This document shows, piece by piece, positions 27,283 to 39,821 of a stretch of 64,000 nt of DNA (its first letter is position 1; each line of letters opens with the position of its first letter). Below the pieces are notes generated by a model. The model had not been told where the DNA came from, ran no database searches, and saw only the letters and a list, made by a program, of their open reading frames with translations. Origin of the DNA: Eledone cirrhosa (Eukaryota); the NCBI GenBank assembly GCA_964016885.1, contig OZ024760.1, positions 8,742,001-8,806,000 of the forward strand, in the 5' to 3' direction. Made by a program: the position numbers and the translations under genes.

Positions 27283-27325
27283 AATATTTGTTTCGACACA
27301 CGATTTCATATCAAAAACCTCGCAA

Positions 27326-27371
<46 letters not shown>

Positions 27372-27647
27372 ATATATATATATATACCGTATATATATAT
27401 ATAAAAATTCCCACCTTGCGAACTTCCGCAGATACGAACAGTCTCACGAAGAAAAAAAAAAATTGTCACAGTTCATTTTTTTTGTGGACTCTTTCGAACC
27501 CTTAGTTCCTTCTTTTGCAACATAAAAAAAACCGAAATCGTACCTACGGTATGGGATACCATTTTACTTTGACAGAATTGAAAAATTACTTTCTTTCTTT
27601 AACAATTTATTGTCATTAGCTTTACAATATTTGAATTCATTATTTGC

Positions 27648-28018
27648 ATTGGCAATATCGGTAGAGGGTCGGACGCCATGCTTTGAAGCATAGAGTTACG
27701 TCCCTTTATGATCTAAGTTCAAATCCCGCCGAGGTTAACTTTGCTTTTCATCCTTACGGGGTCGATAAAATAAAGTACCAGTAATGTACTGAGTAATTGC
27801 TGGCCTTGTGCCTAAAATAGAAACAATTATTTGGATTGGCAGTATCGGTAGAGTGTCGGACGCCATGCTCTGAAGCATAGAGTTACGGCCCTTGCCATTC
27901 TGAGTTCAAATCCCGCCGAGGTTAACTTTGCCTTTCATCCTTACGGGGTCGATAAAATAAAGTACCAGTAATGCACTGGGTTATTGCTGGCCTTGTGCCA
28001 AAAGGAGAAACAATTATT
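27648..28018 (+). mobile_element. Two tandem full-length S1 SINEs
   Basis: 27648-27830 and 27832-28018. Confidence 0.92.
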
Positions 28019-28019
28019 A

Positions 28020-28820
28020 CATGTCATATATACCTCTATATACACCACTATATTGCATGTTATATACATGTCATATATACCTCTATATACACCACTATAT
28101 TGCATGTTATATACATGTCATATATACCTCTATATACACCACTATATTGCATGTTATATACATGTCATATATACCTCTATATACACCACTATATTGCATG
28201 TTATATACATGTCATATATACCTCTATATACACCACTATTTTTATCGATCGACTTTCGTCAAATCGGACCGAGGAAACAATGTTTCCGTTGGTCTTTCCA
28301 GTTGCTAGTACTATCTATCGGTCGGAACTCCAGGTAGAAGGAGCAACGTGAAATAAAGTGTCTTGCTCAAGGACATAACGCATCGCCTGGTCCAGGAATC
28401 GAACTCACAACCTCAAGATTGTGAATCCAATTCTCTAACCACTCAGCCACACGCCTTCACAATAGGAACGATCGACTTTCGTCAAATCGGACCGAGGGAA
28501 CAATGTTTCCGTTGGTCTTTCCAATTGCTAATACTATCTATCGGTCGCAACTCCAGGTAGAACACCACTATATTGCATGTTATATACATGTCATATATAC
28601 CTCTATATACACCACTATATTGCATGTTATATACATGTCATATATACCTCTATATACACCACTATATTGCATGTTATATACATGTCATATATACCTCTAT
28701 ATACACCACTATATTGCATGTTATATACATGTCATATATACCTCTATATACACCACTATATTGCATGTTATATACGTGTCGTATATACCTCTATATACAC
28801 CACTATATTGCATGTTATAT
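28020..28820. repeat. 47-bp minisatellite interrupted by an S2 SINE insertion (28245-28565)
   Basis: Unit CATGTCATATATACCTCTATATACACCACTATATTGCATGTTATATA on both sides of the insertion. Confidence 0.93.
28245..28565 (-). mobile_element. S2 SINE plus a partial tandem duplicate
   Basis: Minus-strand tRNA head ending at ~28458; ATCGACTTTCGTCAAATCGGACCGAGG occurs twice. Confidence 0.85.
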
Positions 28821-29210
28821 ATCACTCACATGGAAACCTGCAGTATCGATGTAACATACATGGGTCTACTGGTACGTACTGTGTCACATGATCAACTTAT
28901 GAACCAATCAACTAACGAACGGCCTTTTGGGACATAACTCGTTCGGAAGTCGGGGACTTTCTGTATGTATGTAATTATATATATATATATAATATATATT
29001 ACACAAAGAGAAGTGTGTTACACAGTGAGATGTGTGTAAAGAATTATTACAAGTGAATTATTACAAGCTATTATTATTATTATTATTATTACAGTGAACT
29101 GCGGAATACTCTTAATTCCGATCTTAGTATATATATATATATATATATATATACGTTATTCCGGGTTGAATCGGAGGTAACCACAGTAAGTAAGGTACTC
29201 AATACATTGC

Positions 29211-29261
29211 AGATTCCTGATGATTTCTAAAGAATGAAACAGTTCTAGTCCTGTAGAATCT
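29211..29261 (+). ncRNA. Complete type I hammerhead ribozyme, family D
   Basis: AGATTC CTGATGA tTTCtaaaGAAt GAA ACAG-ttctagtc-CTGT A GAATCT; GUA cleavage after 29255. Confidence 0.82.
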
Positions 29262-29273
29262 CATCTATATTAA

Positions 29274-29318
<45 letters not shown>

Positions 29319-30099
29319 TGAAAACTGGAACGGGAACGAAAAAAAAAGAGGCAGTACAAACAAAGGTTTATTAGTTTTACGCTCTTGAGAGTGGAGAGAG
29401 ATAGAGATAGAGAGATAGAGATAGAGAGAGATAGATAGAGAGAGATAGATAGAGAGAGAGAGAGAGAGATAGAGAGATAGAGAGAGAGATAGAGAGATAG
29501 AGAGAGAGAGGATGTACTTTCTGCAGCCTAGCTTCCTTCCCAGGGAGTTATTTAACACGTGTCAAATGTGTTCATTACTATGGAAACGGATCCTTGTTTA
29601 AGCGTGGGAAGATTAACTCTTTGTTCTTCGAGCTAATTAGAAAGTGTTTCTTATTTTATATATATTTATATTTATTTAAGAAAGCTTCATTTTTGACAAT
29701 GAATCGTTACTAGAGAATATATACAATAGGGAGATGTGATAAATGCCACAATGGGGAGATCTGATAAATGGCATGTTTGAAAAGGTCATTGATGACGTAA
29801 TTATAAATAATAAAGCATTTTTACTGTATCGATCTATAATCGAAGTGAGTGGGAGAAAAAGAATTATTAATAGAACACCACTACTGATTGGGGTCCCAGT
29901 TTGTGTTCTCCTAACAGTTATAAAAACAACAACTGTTATGACGCTGTTATTTAACCACAGGCTGGGCTTCAGTGAGAACTCCTAGGATCAAAGGTATCCA
30001 GTGTCCCATCATCATCATCATCATCATGTCTTTTTCTTTTCTACCCAGCCACAGTGTCTCCGGTTTAGAATAACTAGACCGTATACATGCATGTCGAAA

Positions 30100-30285
30100 T
30101 AAACCATCACGTTGAAGAAATAATCATGTTGAGAAATAGACCATAGCGTTGAGAAATAGACCATCACGTTGAGAAATAGACCATCACGTTGAGAAATAGA
30201 CCATCGCGTTGAGAAATAGACCATGACGTCGAGGAATAGATCATCGATCCGAGGAATAAACCATCGCCTCGAGAAATAGACCAGC
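30100..30285. repeat. 20-bp minisatellite (CGTTGAGAAATAGACCATCA)
   Basis: About 9 units. Confidence 0.9.
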
Positions 30286-30959
30286 AAGTAATGGGACCCG
30301 AGGATATTACTGGTAAATAGTTTGTTGCGGATCAAAGACTTGAAATGGTTCTGGGTGTGATTCTCACTCAAAACATAGCCACCCCACACAGAGAGAGAGA
30401 GAGAGAGCGTGCGCGTGCGCGTGCGTGTGTGTGTGTGTGTCCGCCTGCATGTGCGTGTGTGTCTGCATGTGTGTGTTAAATAGATAAACAGGCATCGGTA
30501 GAACAAACCCTCGTAAATTAGTGGGTAAAACTTTGATAAGGGTTAAAGAAAAGGAGGAAGAAAATTATTGTAATTGAATCAAATAAAGACTTTTACTATC
30601 CTTGGCCGAATTTCCTCCTCCTCCCCAGCAGCCTTGCCACAATTGCGCTCTTTAATTACTCTGGTGTCCTCAGCCACCTTGAAGTTAGTCATCGCTCGCC
30701 GATGAAGCTCATGTACATCAGAAAAATGCTGTTGTAACTGGATTCAGGAGATCAGCAAAGTATTCTGACCACATCACGAGGATTCACATCTCAGAAGAGA
30801 GGAGAACCACAGACGAGTTGCTGATAGCAGGTATGAAGGAAGACTTCTTATGAAATTGGCGGATGGTCTGTCAGAACCCTTTATTTGCTAAACTGAAGTC
30901 GGATGTTAGCTTAACACCAAAGTCCTCCCATGTCTTGCAATTAGCCGACTCGTATGTAC

Positions 30960-31312
30960 GTCCCGGGTGGCCACAATCTTCGGAAACATCATCCAATCAA
31001 TGGCGATCGAGAGTGATAATTCTAATTTCGAAAAAAGTGAGACAAGAGAGATTGTTCCAGTTACAGAGGGATCTCCTTGTTGAGTCTCCCCGGTAGTGTC
31101 TAAGCTAAGTGTCAGGTAAAGAGATGCAGGGAGATTTTCGAGTTCGGGCTAGTTGATGAACAGTGTGGACGCAGCACAGCTAACTAAATATTCACCCCGT
31201 GGCAGGTCTTCGAGAAATCGTGGAGGTATTGCCAAGAGGTGTATTCCTGCGTTCCTAGGGACCTGCTGTGAAAGGTTCTGCAGGAGTATGGGGTCGATGG
31301 TCAGCTTCTTGG
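30960..31312 (+). mobile_element. Decayed RTE-clade reverse transcriptase fragment
   Basis: W..RVIILI.KK/DKRDCSSYRGISLLSLPG, GRSTAN*IFT..QVFEKSWRY and VPRDLL*KVLQEYGVDGQLL match RTE RT N-terminal motifs. Confidence 0.85.
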
Positions 31313-31936
31313 TGTGTGTGTGTATGTGTGTGCAAGTGTGTGTGTGTGCAAGTGTGTGTGTGTGTGCAAGTGTGTGTGTGTGTGTGTGCAAGTGTGTGTG
31401 TGCGTGTGTGTGCAAGTGTGTGTGTGTGTGTGTGTGTGTAAGTGTGTGTGTGTGTGCAAGTGTGTGTGTGTGTGCAAGTGTGTGTGTGTGCAAGTGTGTG
31501 TGTGAAGTTCAGCAACAAATAAAGCAGTCTTGTTTCTACAGATGTTACAATACATTAGAGATGTTAAAGCATCATGTGTGTGTGTGGGGGGTGTGTGTGT
31601 GTGTAGAGGGTGTGGGTGTGTGTGTGTGGGGAGCGTGTGTAGGGGGTGAGCGTGTGTGGGAGCGTGTGTATGTGGGGAGGAGCGAGTGTGTGTATGTGTG
31701 GGGAGGAGCGAGTGTGTGTATGTGTGTGTGTGTGGGGGGGGGGGGAGAGCGAGTGTGTGTATGTGTGTGTCAGTGTGTGTATGACAGAGTGTGTGTGTGT
31801 GTGTGTGTGTGTTAAAGCCACCTATTTCATGTAATGTTTCTTTAACAGTTGTAAAGTAAAGACGACATGATTGTGGCAGGGAATACTGTATCAGGTGGCA
31901 AATATATTATATTATATTACACACACACACACATAC

Positions 31937-31996
<60 letters not shown>

Positions 31997-32155
31997 CACA
32001 TCTATTTCTATATTTCACACACGAAATAAACACACATTCTGTGTGTGTATGTATATATATATCACAGACATGTATATATAAATTATTTCAGATAAGAATG
32101 ATTTCTACAAGATTAGAATCTTTTCATTAATTTGATATAATTAGGGAGCTTTCGT

Positions 32156-32201
<46 letters not shown>

Positions 32202-32383
32202 GGCGGTGGATTGGCAGCATCGGTAGAGGGTCGGACGCCATGCTTTCCAGCACAGAGTTACGTCCCTTTACGGATTGAGTTCAAATCCCGAGGTTAACTT
32301 TGCCTTTCATCCTTACGGGCTCGATAAAACAAAGTACCAGTAATGTACTGGGTATTTGCTGGCCTTGTGCCAAAAGTAGAAAC

Positions 32384-32389
<6 letters not shown>
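32202..32389 (+). mobile_element. Full-length SINE S1
   Basis: A and B boxes plus S1 body. Confidence 0.92.
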
Positions 32390-32422
<33 letters not shown>

Positions 32423-32423
<1 letters not shown>

Positions 32424-32713
32424 TAGCAGTTTAGCCCGGCGTTGCTCGGGTTTGTTCATTTGCTGAAGTTTTGTCGTTGGGTAGTAGAGAGAGTGAATAA
32501 GCGTGTAAGAGAGAGGGTTACAGCATGTATTTAGTTTATCGATTTCTTTTCATAGAAGCAGGAAACGTTTGGCAAAGTTTATTACGTGTTGACCATCGTT
32601 GGTAAATTCGAAGCACATTGGAAAAGAAATCATCAAAATCGGTAGAGAAATGTGGAAATGCATAAAAACCATACACACACACAGACAGACATCTTCCGTT
32701 TTATATATATAGA
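32423..32713 (-). mobile_element. Non-autonomous Helitron
   Basis: Minus strand starts TCTATATATATAAAA..(GTCT)n and ends with hairpin CCCGAGCAACGCCGGG followed by CTAG. Confidence 0.8.
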
Positions 32714-32749
32714 CTAGCAGAAAACCACCCGGGGGCGGTTTTCTGCTAG

Positions 32750-32940
32750 TCTATATATCTAAAACAGAGAATGTCTGTCTGTCTGTCAGCTCACTAAAAC
32801 TTGAGAACCATCCAACCGATTGTTTTCAAACTTTAGACATGTAATACTTATGGTCCTGTGAGTGTTTTGAGCAAAAATTATTTCAAATTTTCAATGCCTA
32901 GGGACCGCATTAGGCGATTTAGCGTTCTCTCTATATAATT
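32750..32940 (+). mobile_element. 5' part of a second non-autonomous Helitron
   Basis: Starts TCTATATATCTAAAACAGAGAATGTCTGTCTGTC; no 3' end seen nearby. Confidence 0.6.
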
Positions 32941-33174
32941 CTTAGTCTTTCTTTTTAGATAGATACATAGATAGATACATATTCACTCTCTCTCCCTCCC
33001 GCTATCCCCTCTCGTAGTCTGTCTCTTTCTTTCACTCTCACTCTCTCTCTAGGCACGTGTTTCTACTGTCGGACAGACAGACAGAGAAATTGCTGGTTAT
33101 ATATATAAGTAGATATATATATATAAATACACACACACATATATATATACATTTATATACATATACACACATAT

Positions 33175-33222
<48 letters not shown>

Positions 33223-33998
33223 AAAATTTGACTCCAAGTCTCGTTTGTTGACATTTATCTGAGATGTGATGAAAGGAGAACGAGATCGAACTCGAGAATG
33301 AAACGATTTCCTCTGTCAGTCATCCATGACTGAAGCTGTATATATTGTAGAGGGCTCTGTCTAACGAACCATTCACGCATGTCCAGCAGAAAAACACACA
33401 CATACACGCAATATACATACACGCACACACCACACATACACCTCACTACACATACAAATACACACACACACCACATACACACATACATACATACACAAAC
33501 CTCACCACGCAATCATACCCACACACTCACCAAACATACATACATACACAAACACGTACCACACCACATATACACGCACACATCACACATACACCACTCA
33601 GACAGACACCCAGACGCACACACACAGCACCCTCCCCCCTACACTATAAATTATACGCCCCTCCCATGTCACTAACCTTACATTGTATTCCTCTCCCATT
33701 GCCAAACAAAACAGTTGTTGTTTTGCGACTCTTGATATTTGGTCGGCTTTTTATTAAAATAGATGAGTTAGTCCCAAATAACAAATACTAACATGATTTC
33801 CTTTTCAATATACACATATACTACATAACTAGGAAGAGAGAGAGAGAGAGAGATTGAGTATATGTTGGTTGTATACCAACACCTCAGTATGCAGGCTGGA
33901 GCACTCGACGAAGTGCGCAGGTTTGTTTGGTTACTCCGGAGTAATGTAAAATAAAGTAAAATAAAAAGTCAAATGTTTAAAACTTAGCTTCGTTTATT

Positions 33999-34053
33999 AC
34001 TGCTATATACATTTCGATGACAGCCATCTTTGGCTGTGACCTCTTCAGGCAGT
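33999..34053 (-). ncRNA. Type I hammerhead ribozyme, C-C/palindrome class
   Basis: Minus strand ACTGC CTGAAGA ggt-C-acagcca..tggctgt-C-atc GAA ATGTATAT A GCAGT AATAAA. Confidence 0.82.
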
Positions 34054-34275
34054 CCGAATTAGTGTGGTATAGACAAGTACATATGTTGTTGAGGTGTATA
34101 ACTTTGACAATACTCTGATATGCCCAGTTCCTGGTTGGGTTGTTATTTCACTGAGGAACTGGAATCATATGATTCCAGTGAAATAACAACCCAACCAGGA
34201 ACTGGGCATATTAGAGTATTGACAAGGTTATACACTTCAATAACATATGTACTTGTCTATACCACACTAATTCGG

Positions 34276-34330
34276 ACTGCCTGAAGAGGTCACAGCCAAA
34301 GATGGCTGTCACCGAAATATATACAGCAGT
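34276..34330 (+). ncRNA. Mirror-arm HHR (U16 changed to C)
   Basis: ACTGC CTGAAGA ggt-C-acagcca..tggctgt-C-acc GAA ATATATAC A GCAGT. Confidence 0.72.
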
Positions 34331-34371
34331 AATAAACGAAGCTAAATTTTAAACATTTGACTTTTTATTTT

Positions 34372-34409
<38 letters not shown>

Positions 34410-34563
34410 GAAAATAGAGAAATTAATGTAAGTAAAAAACCAACAATAATTCGGACATATAAGTCTGACATATAACATCAAGATGAACAATGTTTAACGT
34501 AAGATGTGGGATAAGTAATACGATCTTAATACAAAACAAGTCAAGAAGAAAAACTTTATCCTC

Positions 34564-34594
<31 letters not shown>

Positions 34595-34761
34595 GTAGAT
34601 AAATCTACCAAAATATACAGTAGTGTCCAATCCTTATGAAGAACTCAATGTATCCAAATAAAGAAGATATCATGAAAAGAGAAGATGCATTCAAAAATTT
34701 ACGATAAAAATCATATATATATATATATATACACAAAATTAAATTAAGGGTGTCATGTCTC

Positions 34762-34815
<54 letters not shown>

Positions 34816-34829
34816 GTGTGTGTGTATAT

Positions 34830-35095
34830 ACGAAAAGAGTCAGGACCCCGACGGCTGAGCGTTCCAGCCGTTTCAGCAGCTAGATCCGAACTAGAGTTCG
34901 GATCGAGCTGTCGAAACGGCCGGAGCTCAGCCATCGGGGTCCTGACTCTTTTCCTATTACCCACTCTACTGCCCCAAGTATCGAGTACTCTGGTGTGTTA
35001 TGGTCCACCTAGTATCTTACCACACCTTCTTTGTTATAGTTGGTACAACTCGATTAGTACCTGCTATATGGCAGTTACAACTTCGATTCATACCT
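34830..35095 (+). mobile_element. Fold-back element family A (long 5' hairpin plus constant tail)
   Basis: ~120-nt hairpin AAAAGAGTCAGGACCCCGA...TCGGGGTCCTGACTCTTTT, then TTACCCACTCTACT..; copies at 37573, 44017, 54215 and 61465. Confidence 0.85.
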
Positions 35096-35097
35096 AA

Positions 35098-35839
35098 TCT
35101 CTCTCCATATAAAATTCGTTGTCCCTCTGTCTGCCTCCTCAAACAGCTCGACCAAAACAAATCAAATTTTATAAGTATTAGACGCCAGGATTAACAACAT
35201 GTAATTTTTATATTCATTTGGATTAAAAAAAAGTAACATTTTATCTAAAATAATCTTTCTATAGTCAACTATAAGTAAACGGACATTTTATGTGTGTTTT
35301 TTATAAGTTTGTGTGAGTGTATATTTGGTTAATTTACACTGCATACAAAAATAGAGATTAATATATATTCCTTTTGGACGTTGATACTTAATTGTTTACA
35401 ATATTGGAAAAAAAAATGCCTTTTTTATTCTAAAATTTCCTCTCATACCTCCAGATGTTCAATTTGAATTTAAGAGGTTTCAATTTCCGGTCAAACTAAG
35501 TTTTGATATTTCAATTAACAAATCGCAGGGTCAATTCCCTCAAGGTAGTTGGAGTTGATCTCTCTACTACATGATTCACCTACGGTCAACTCTGTTGGAA
35601 ACAGTAACAATTTATTCATTTGGACACCAACAAAAAATTACACAATGAATACTGTTTACCCTGAGGTGCTTCAAGATAGAATTTAGAAAGGAAATTGTGT
35701 CAATAATTATACATTTTTATTTTTATCAAATATAGATATTTTGAAATAATTATGAGAAAGAAAAATATTTTCATATTTATTCTTTACTAATCTGAATAAG
35801 AACAGCAGTAACCCGGGCAACGCTGGGTCATTCAGCTAG
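35098..35839 (+). mobile_element. Non-autonomous Helitron
   Basis: A|TCTCTCTCCATATAAAA start; 3' hairpin ACCCGGGCAACGCTGGGT then CTAG|T; insertion between A and T. Confidence 0.8.
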
Positions 35840-35844
35840 TATAA

Positions 35845-36425
35845 TTATATATATATATATATATATACATACACGCACACATATATATACATATATACAC
35901 ACATATATACACATACATACACACATACATACACACATATATATACACACATATACACACATACATACATATATACACATATACACACATACATACATAT
36001 ATACACATATACACACATACATACATATATACACATATACACACATACACACATACACACATATATATATACACACATACATATATATATATACACATAC
36101 ATATATATATATACACATACATATATATATATACACATACATATATACACATACATATATACACACATACATACATATATACACACATACATATATACAC
36201 ACATACATATACACACACATATACATATATATACACATATATATATATACACACATACATATATACACACACATACATATATACACACACATACATATAT
36301 ACACACACATACATATATACACACACATACATATATACACACACATACATATATACACACATACATATATACACATTATGTATATATATATATATATATA
36401 TACACATATATACATATATATATAT
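35845..36425. repeat. (TA/CA) compound microsatellite
   Basis: Direct. Confidence 0.95.
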
Positions 36426-36782
36426 CTTTCTCATTTCCTCTCTCTCATTTTTTATTTTTCTCTGGAGTAAATTTGCTGTACTCAAGACTGGAGAGGAATG
36501 GACTCCGCCAGGCTTTAAAAAAATACACAAGAAACGTCGTATGCCAATACGACACCCCTACAACTATCAGCAATTACAGGACCACACACACACACACACA
36601 CAAGCACGTATACCAGTATGTGGGTATTTGTATGCAAATGCATGTATAAGCAGTCTCTCTCTCTCTCGCTCGTTATATATATATATATATATATATATAA
36701 ATGTTCATTTATCAAGGCTAAATAGTAAGTCTTGTTACTCTGGAGATTCGCCAGTTTATTACAAGGCCATCATATATATACA

Positions 36783-36828
<46 letters not shown>

Positions 36829-37162
36829 TGTATATATTTATAACATTATATGTATGTATGTATGTATAGTTATATAATATAGACACGAGAATTAAACCAT
36901 TAATAAAGAGTTGCCTGGCACTGTTCCACGCTCTCCTAGGAATGTAACGACAGGAAAAGCTAATCCCAATATATTCTCGTAAAAAGTGTTTGTCCCTTGT
37001 TTCCAACATCGACAACCAGATTGGATAACCCGCTGTTCACGTCTCGGGAGATTTGTCGTCTAAAATGCAAAGCACTCAAAAATTGAACGCGACGAAAATG
37101 AAAGACAAAGACTGAAAGTTCTCTATTTACTTCCTCTCACGTGATCAGAAATGAAAATGGCG

Positions 37163-37193
<31 letters not shown>

Positions 37194-37333
37194 GGTTTGT
37201 GGTTCACCACTGTATAGAGCTGGTTTATTCGAGGGCGACCGGCTAAGAGAGGGTGCAAGATAGCGGTCGCCCTCGGGTCCTCGATTTTCAGCCCCATGGA
37301 TTTTATCTATTACATTCACGTATTATATTTCGA

Positions 37334-37391
37334 ATACCTGATGATATCACCGGATTCATACGGAACCCGGTCATTGAAATGATCATAGTAT
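37334..37391 (+). ncRNA. Type I hammerhead ribozyme, C-C/palindrome class
   Basis: ATAC CTGATGA tat-C-accgg..ccggt-C-att GAA ATGATCAT A GTAT AATAAA; lies in a (TA)n-bounded segment 37190-37445 that also has hairpin CGAGGGCGACC..GGTCGCCCTCG. Confidence 0.78.
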
Positions 37392-37437
37392 AATAAACCT
37401 TTCAAGGATTTACACAAATCCAGCCTCCTGTCATTTC

Positions 37438-37474
<37 letters not shown>

Positions 37475-37572
37475 GATCGCACCTCGAGCTGTTCGCCGAG
37501 GAAATAATTGTAATACGTAATAAATTGAGTTTCGATGCATCACTGATTCTTCGTTTTCCATTTTATATATAT

Positions 37573-37742
37573 ATAGGAACGAGTAGGACCCCGACGGCTG
37601 AGTCCAGAATTAGCCGTCGAAACGGCTTGAGCTCAGCCGTCGGGGTCCTACTCGTTCCTATTACCCACTCTACTACCCTAAGTATTGAGTACTTTGGTGC
37701 GTTATGGTCCACCTGGTTCCTTACCACATTTCCTCCGTTATA
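37573..37742 (+). mobile_element. Fold-back element family A
   Basis: Hairpin TAGGAACGAGTAGGACCCCGACGGCTGAG...CTCAGCCGTCGGGGTCCTACTCGTTCCTA plus tail. Confidence 0.85.
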
Positions 37743-37781
37743 GATTTTCATTAGCTCTGAGAGTTGGCAGGTAAGCAGTAT

Positions 37782-37828
37782 ACTGCACTGATGAAGGATA
37801 ACCACCCAGAAACATTAGTGTCTGCAGT
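37782..37828 (+). ncRNA. Type I hammerhead ribozyme with GUC site
   Basis: ACTGCA CTGATGA (weak stem II) GAA ACA-ttag-TGT C TGCAGT. Confidence 0.7.
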
Positions 37829-37904
37829 TTTGTTTACATGCCAAAACAAGAGCAATAATTACGGGATCATTCTACCGATACTGCCAACCCCCTCTACCGT
37901 CCTA

Positions 37905-38104
37905 ATAATGGTTTCTGATATAGGCACAAGGCCAGTAATTTGGGGGGAGGGGGACAGTCGATTAAATTGCCTGACTGGTACTTTATTTTATCGACCCCGT
38001 AAGGATGAAAGGAAAAGTTAACCTCGGCGGGATTTGAACTCAGACCGTAAAGGGACGTAACTATGCCGGACAGCATGGCGTCCGATCCTCTACCGATACT
38101 GCCA
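37905..38104 (-). mobile_element. S1-type SINE (variant with poly-G internal segment)
   Basis: S1 body and head. Confidence 0.88.
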
Positions 38105-38138
38105 GACCACAATAGCAGAATGGTTATTTGTATTTCAG

Positions 38139-38284
38139 AGATATTTCTAAAGAACATTTGATTGGTGCCGAGTTGATTGTGTTTAAAGGCAAAGAATTTG
38201 GTGAGAAGTTGTGGAAAAAAAACAGCAACTCTCTGCCGAACACTAAGAAGAGGGCAGACGAAAACTACCCCCTCCTCTTATTGT
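38139..38284 (+). CDS. Candidate internal exon, weakly reminiscent of a TGF-beta family propeptide
   Basis: Acceptor TTATTTGTATTTCAG, donor GTAAGA, open frame DISKEHLIGAELIVFKGKEFGEKLWKK..; no partner exons identified. Confidence 0.25.
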
Positions 38285-38369
38285 GTAAGATTCTGTAGGG
38301 GTCACTACTGTGATGACGTCATCATTATAGGCGATGTTATATTAACAATAATGACTAAGTTAGATTGAC

Positions 38370-39495
38370 GTTGATGGTGGTTGTGGTAGTGTAGTGTTGA
38401 TGGTGGTGGTGGTGTTTGTGGTGGTGGTGGTGTTTGTGGTGGTGGTGGTGGTAGTGTTGGTGGTGGTGGTAGTATTGGTGGTGGTGGTAGTGTTGGTGGT
38501 GGGAGTGTAGTGCTGGTGTAGTGTTGGTGATGGTAGTGTAGTGTTGGTGATGGTAGTGTAGTGTTGGTAGTGTAGTGTTGGTAGTGTAGTCTTGGTGATG
38601 GTAGTGTAGTGTTGGTGATGGTGGTGGTAGTGTAGTGTTGGTGGTGGTAGTGTAGTGTTGGTGGTGGTAGTGTTGGTGATGGTGGTGGTAGTGGTGGTGT
38701 TGTTGGTGATGGTGGGGGTGGTGTTGTTGGTGATGGTGGTGTTGTTGGTGTTGGTGATGGTGGGGTGTTTGTGGTGGTGGTCGTGGTGTTTGTGGTGGTG
38801 GTGGTGTTTGTGGTGGTGTTTGTGGTGGTGTTTGTGGTGGTGGTGGTGTTTGTGGTGGTGGTAGTGTTTGTGGTGGTGGTGGGAGAGTAGTGCTGATGGT
38901 GGTGGTGGTGGGAGAGTAGTGCTGATGGTGGTGGTGGTGGGAGAGTAGTGCTGATGGTGGTGGTGGTGGTGGTGGTGTTTGAGGTGGTGGTGTTTGAGGT
39001 GGTGGTGTTTGAGGTGGTGGTGGTGGTGTAGTGCTGATGGTGGGAGTGTAGTGCTGATGGTGGCGGTGTGTAGTGATGGTGGTGGTAATGGTGGTGGTAA
39101 TGGTGTATGTAATGTGATAGGAATATGGTGGTGGTGTTGTTTAGTGTGATGGTGTGTAGTGCAGTGTGGTGGTGTGATGGTGTGTAGTGCAGTGTGGTGG
39201 TGTGATGGTGTGTAGTGTGATGGTGTGTAGTGCAGTGTGGTGGTGTGTGTAGTGTAGTGTGGTGTGGTAGTGTGATGGTGTGTAGTGCAGTGTGGTGGTG
39301 TGTGTAGTGTAGTGTGGTGTGGTAGTGTGATGGTGTGTAGTGTAGTGTGGTGGTGTGTGTAGTGCAGTGTGGTGGTGTGTGTAGTGCAGTGCAGTGTGGT
39401 GGGGTGGTGTGATGGTGTGTAGTGTAGTGTGGTGGTGTGTGTAGTGTAGTGTGGTGTGGTAGTGTGATGGTGTGTAGTGTAGTGTGGTGGTGTGT
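38370..39495. repeat. (GGT/GTA/GTGTA)n complex array
   Basis: Direct. Confidence 0.92.
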
Positions 39496-39821
39496 GTCGG
39501 GGGTGACATATTTTTGGTGAAATTAATTATTGAAATAACATGAAGGTGAATCATGTATGTTAGTGTGTGCGTGTCGAGATGTTTGTGTGTGCGTGTCGAG
39601 GTATGTGTGTGTGTGTCAGTGTCAGGGTGTGTGTGTGTCAGTGTCAGGGTGTGTGTGTGTCAGTGTCAGGGTGTGTGTGTGTGTGTGAGGAACTCTGTAC
39701 ATATTCTGGCGTAGTCAGTGCTGCCCAAAACATCACTGAGGTGGGAATTCTATTCTAAAAGACTTCGCTAACTGCTGCCAAATTAGACATGGCCGAAACC
39801 TATCAAAGTTTGCAGTCCCAC

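Larger units (their letters stand above)
33951..34378. mobile_element. ~430-bp palindromic element with one HHR in each arm
   Basis: Arms ~200 bp with about nine mismatches, centre ACTGGAATCATATGATTCCAGT; the right end abuts (TA)n. Confidence 0.9.
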
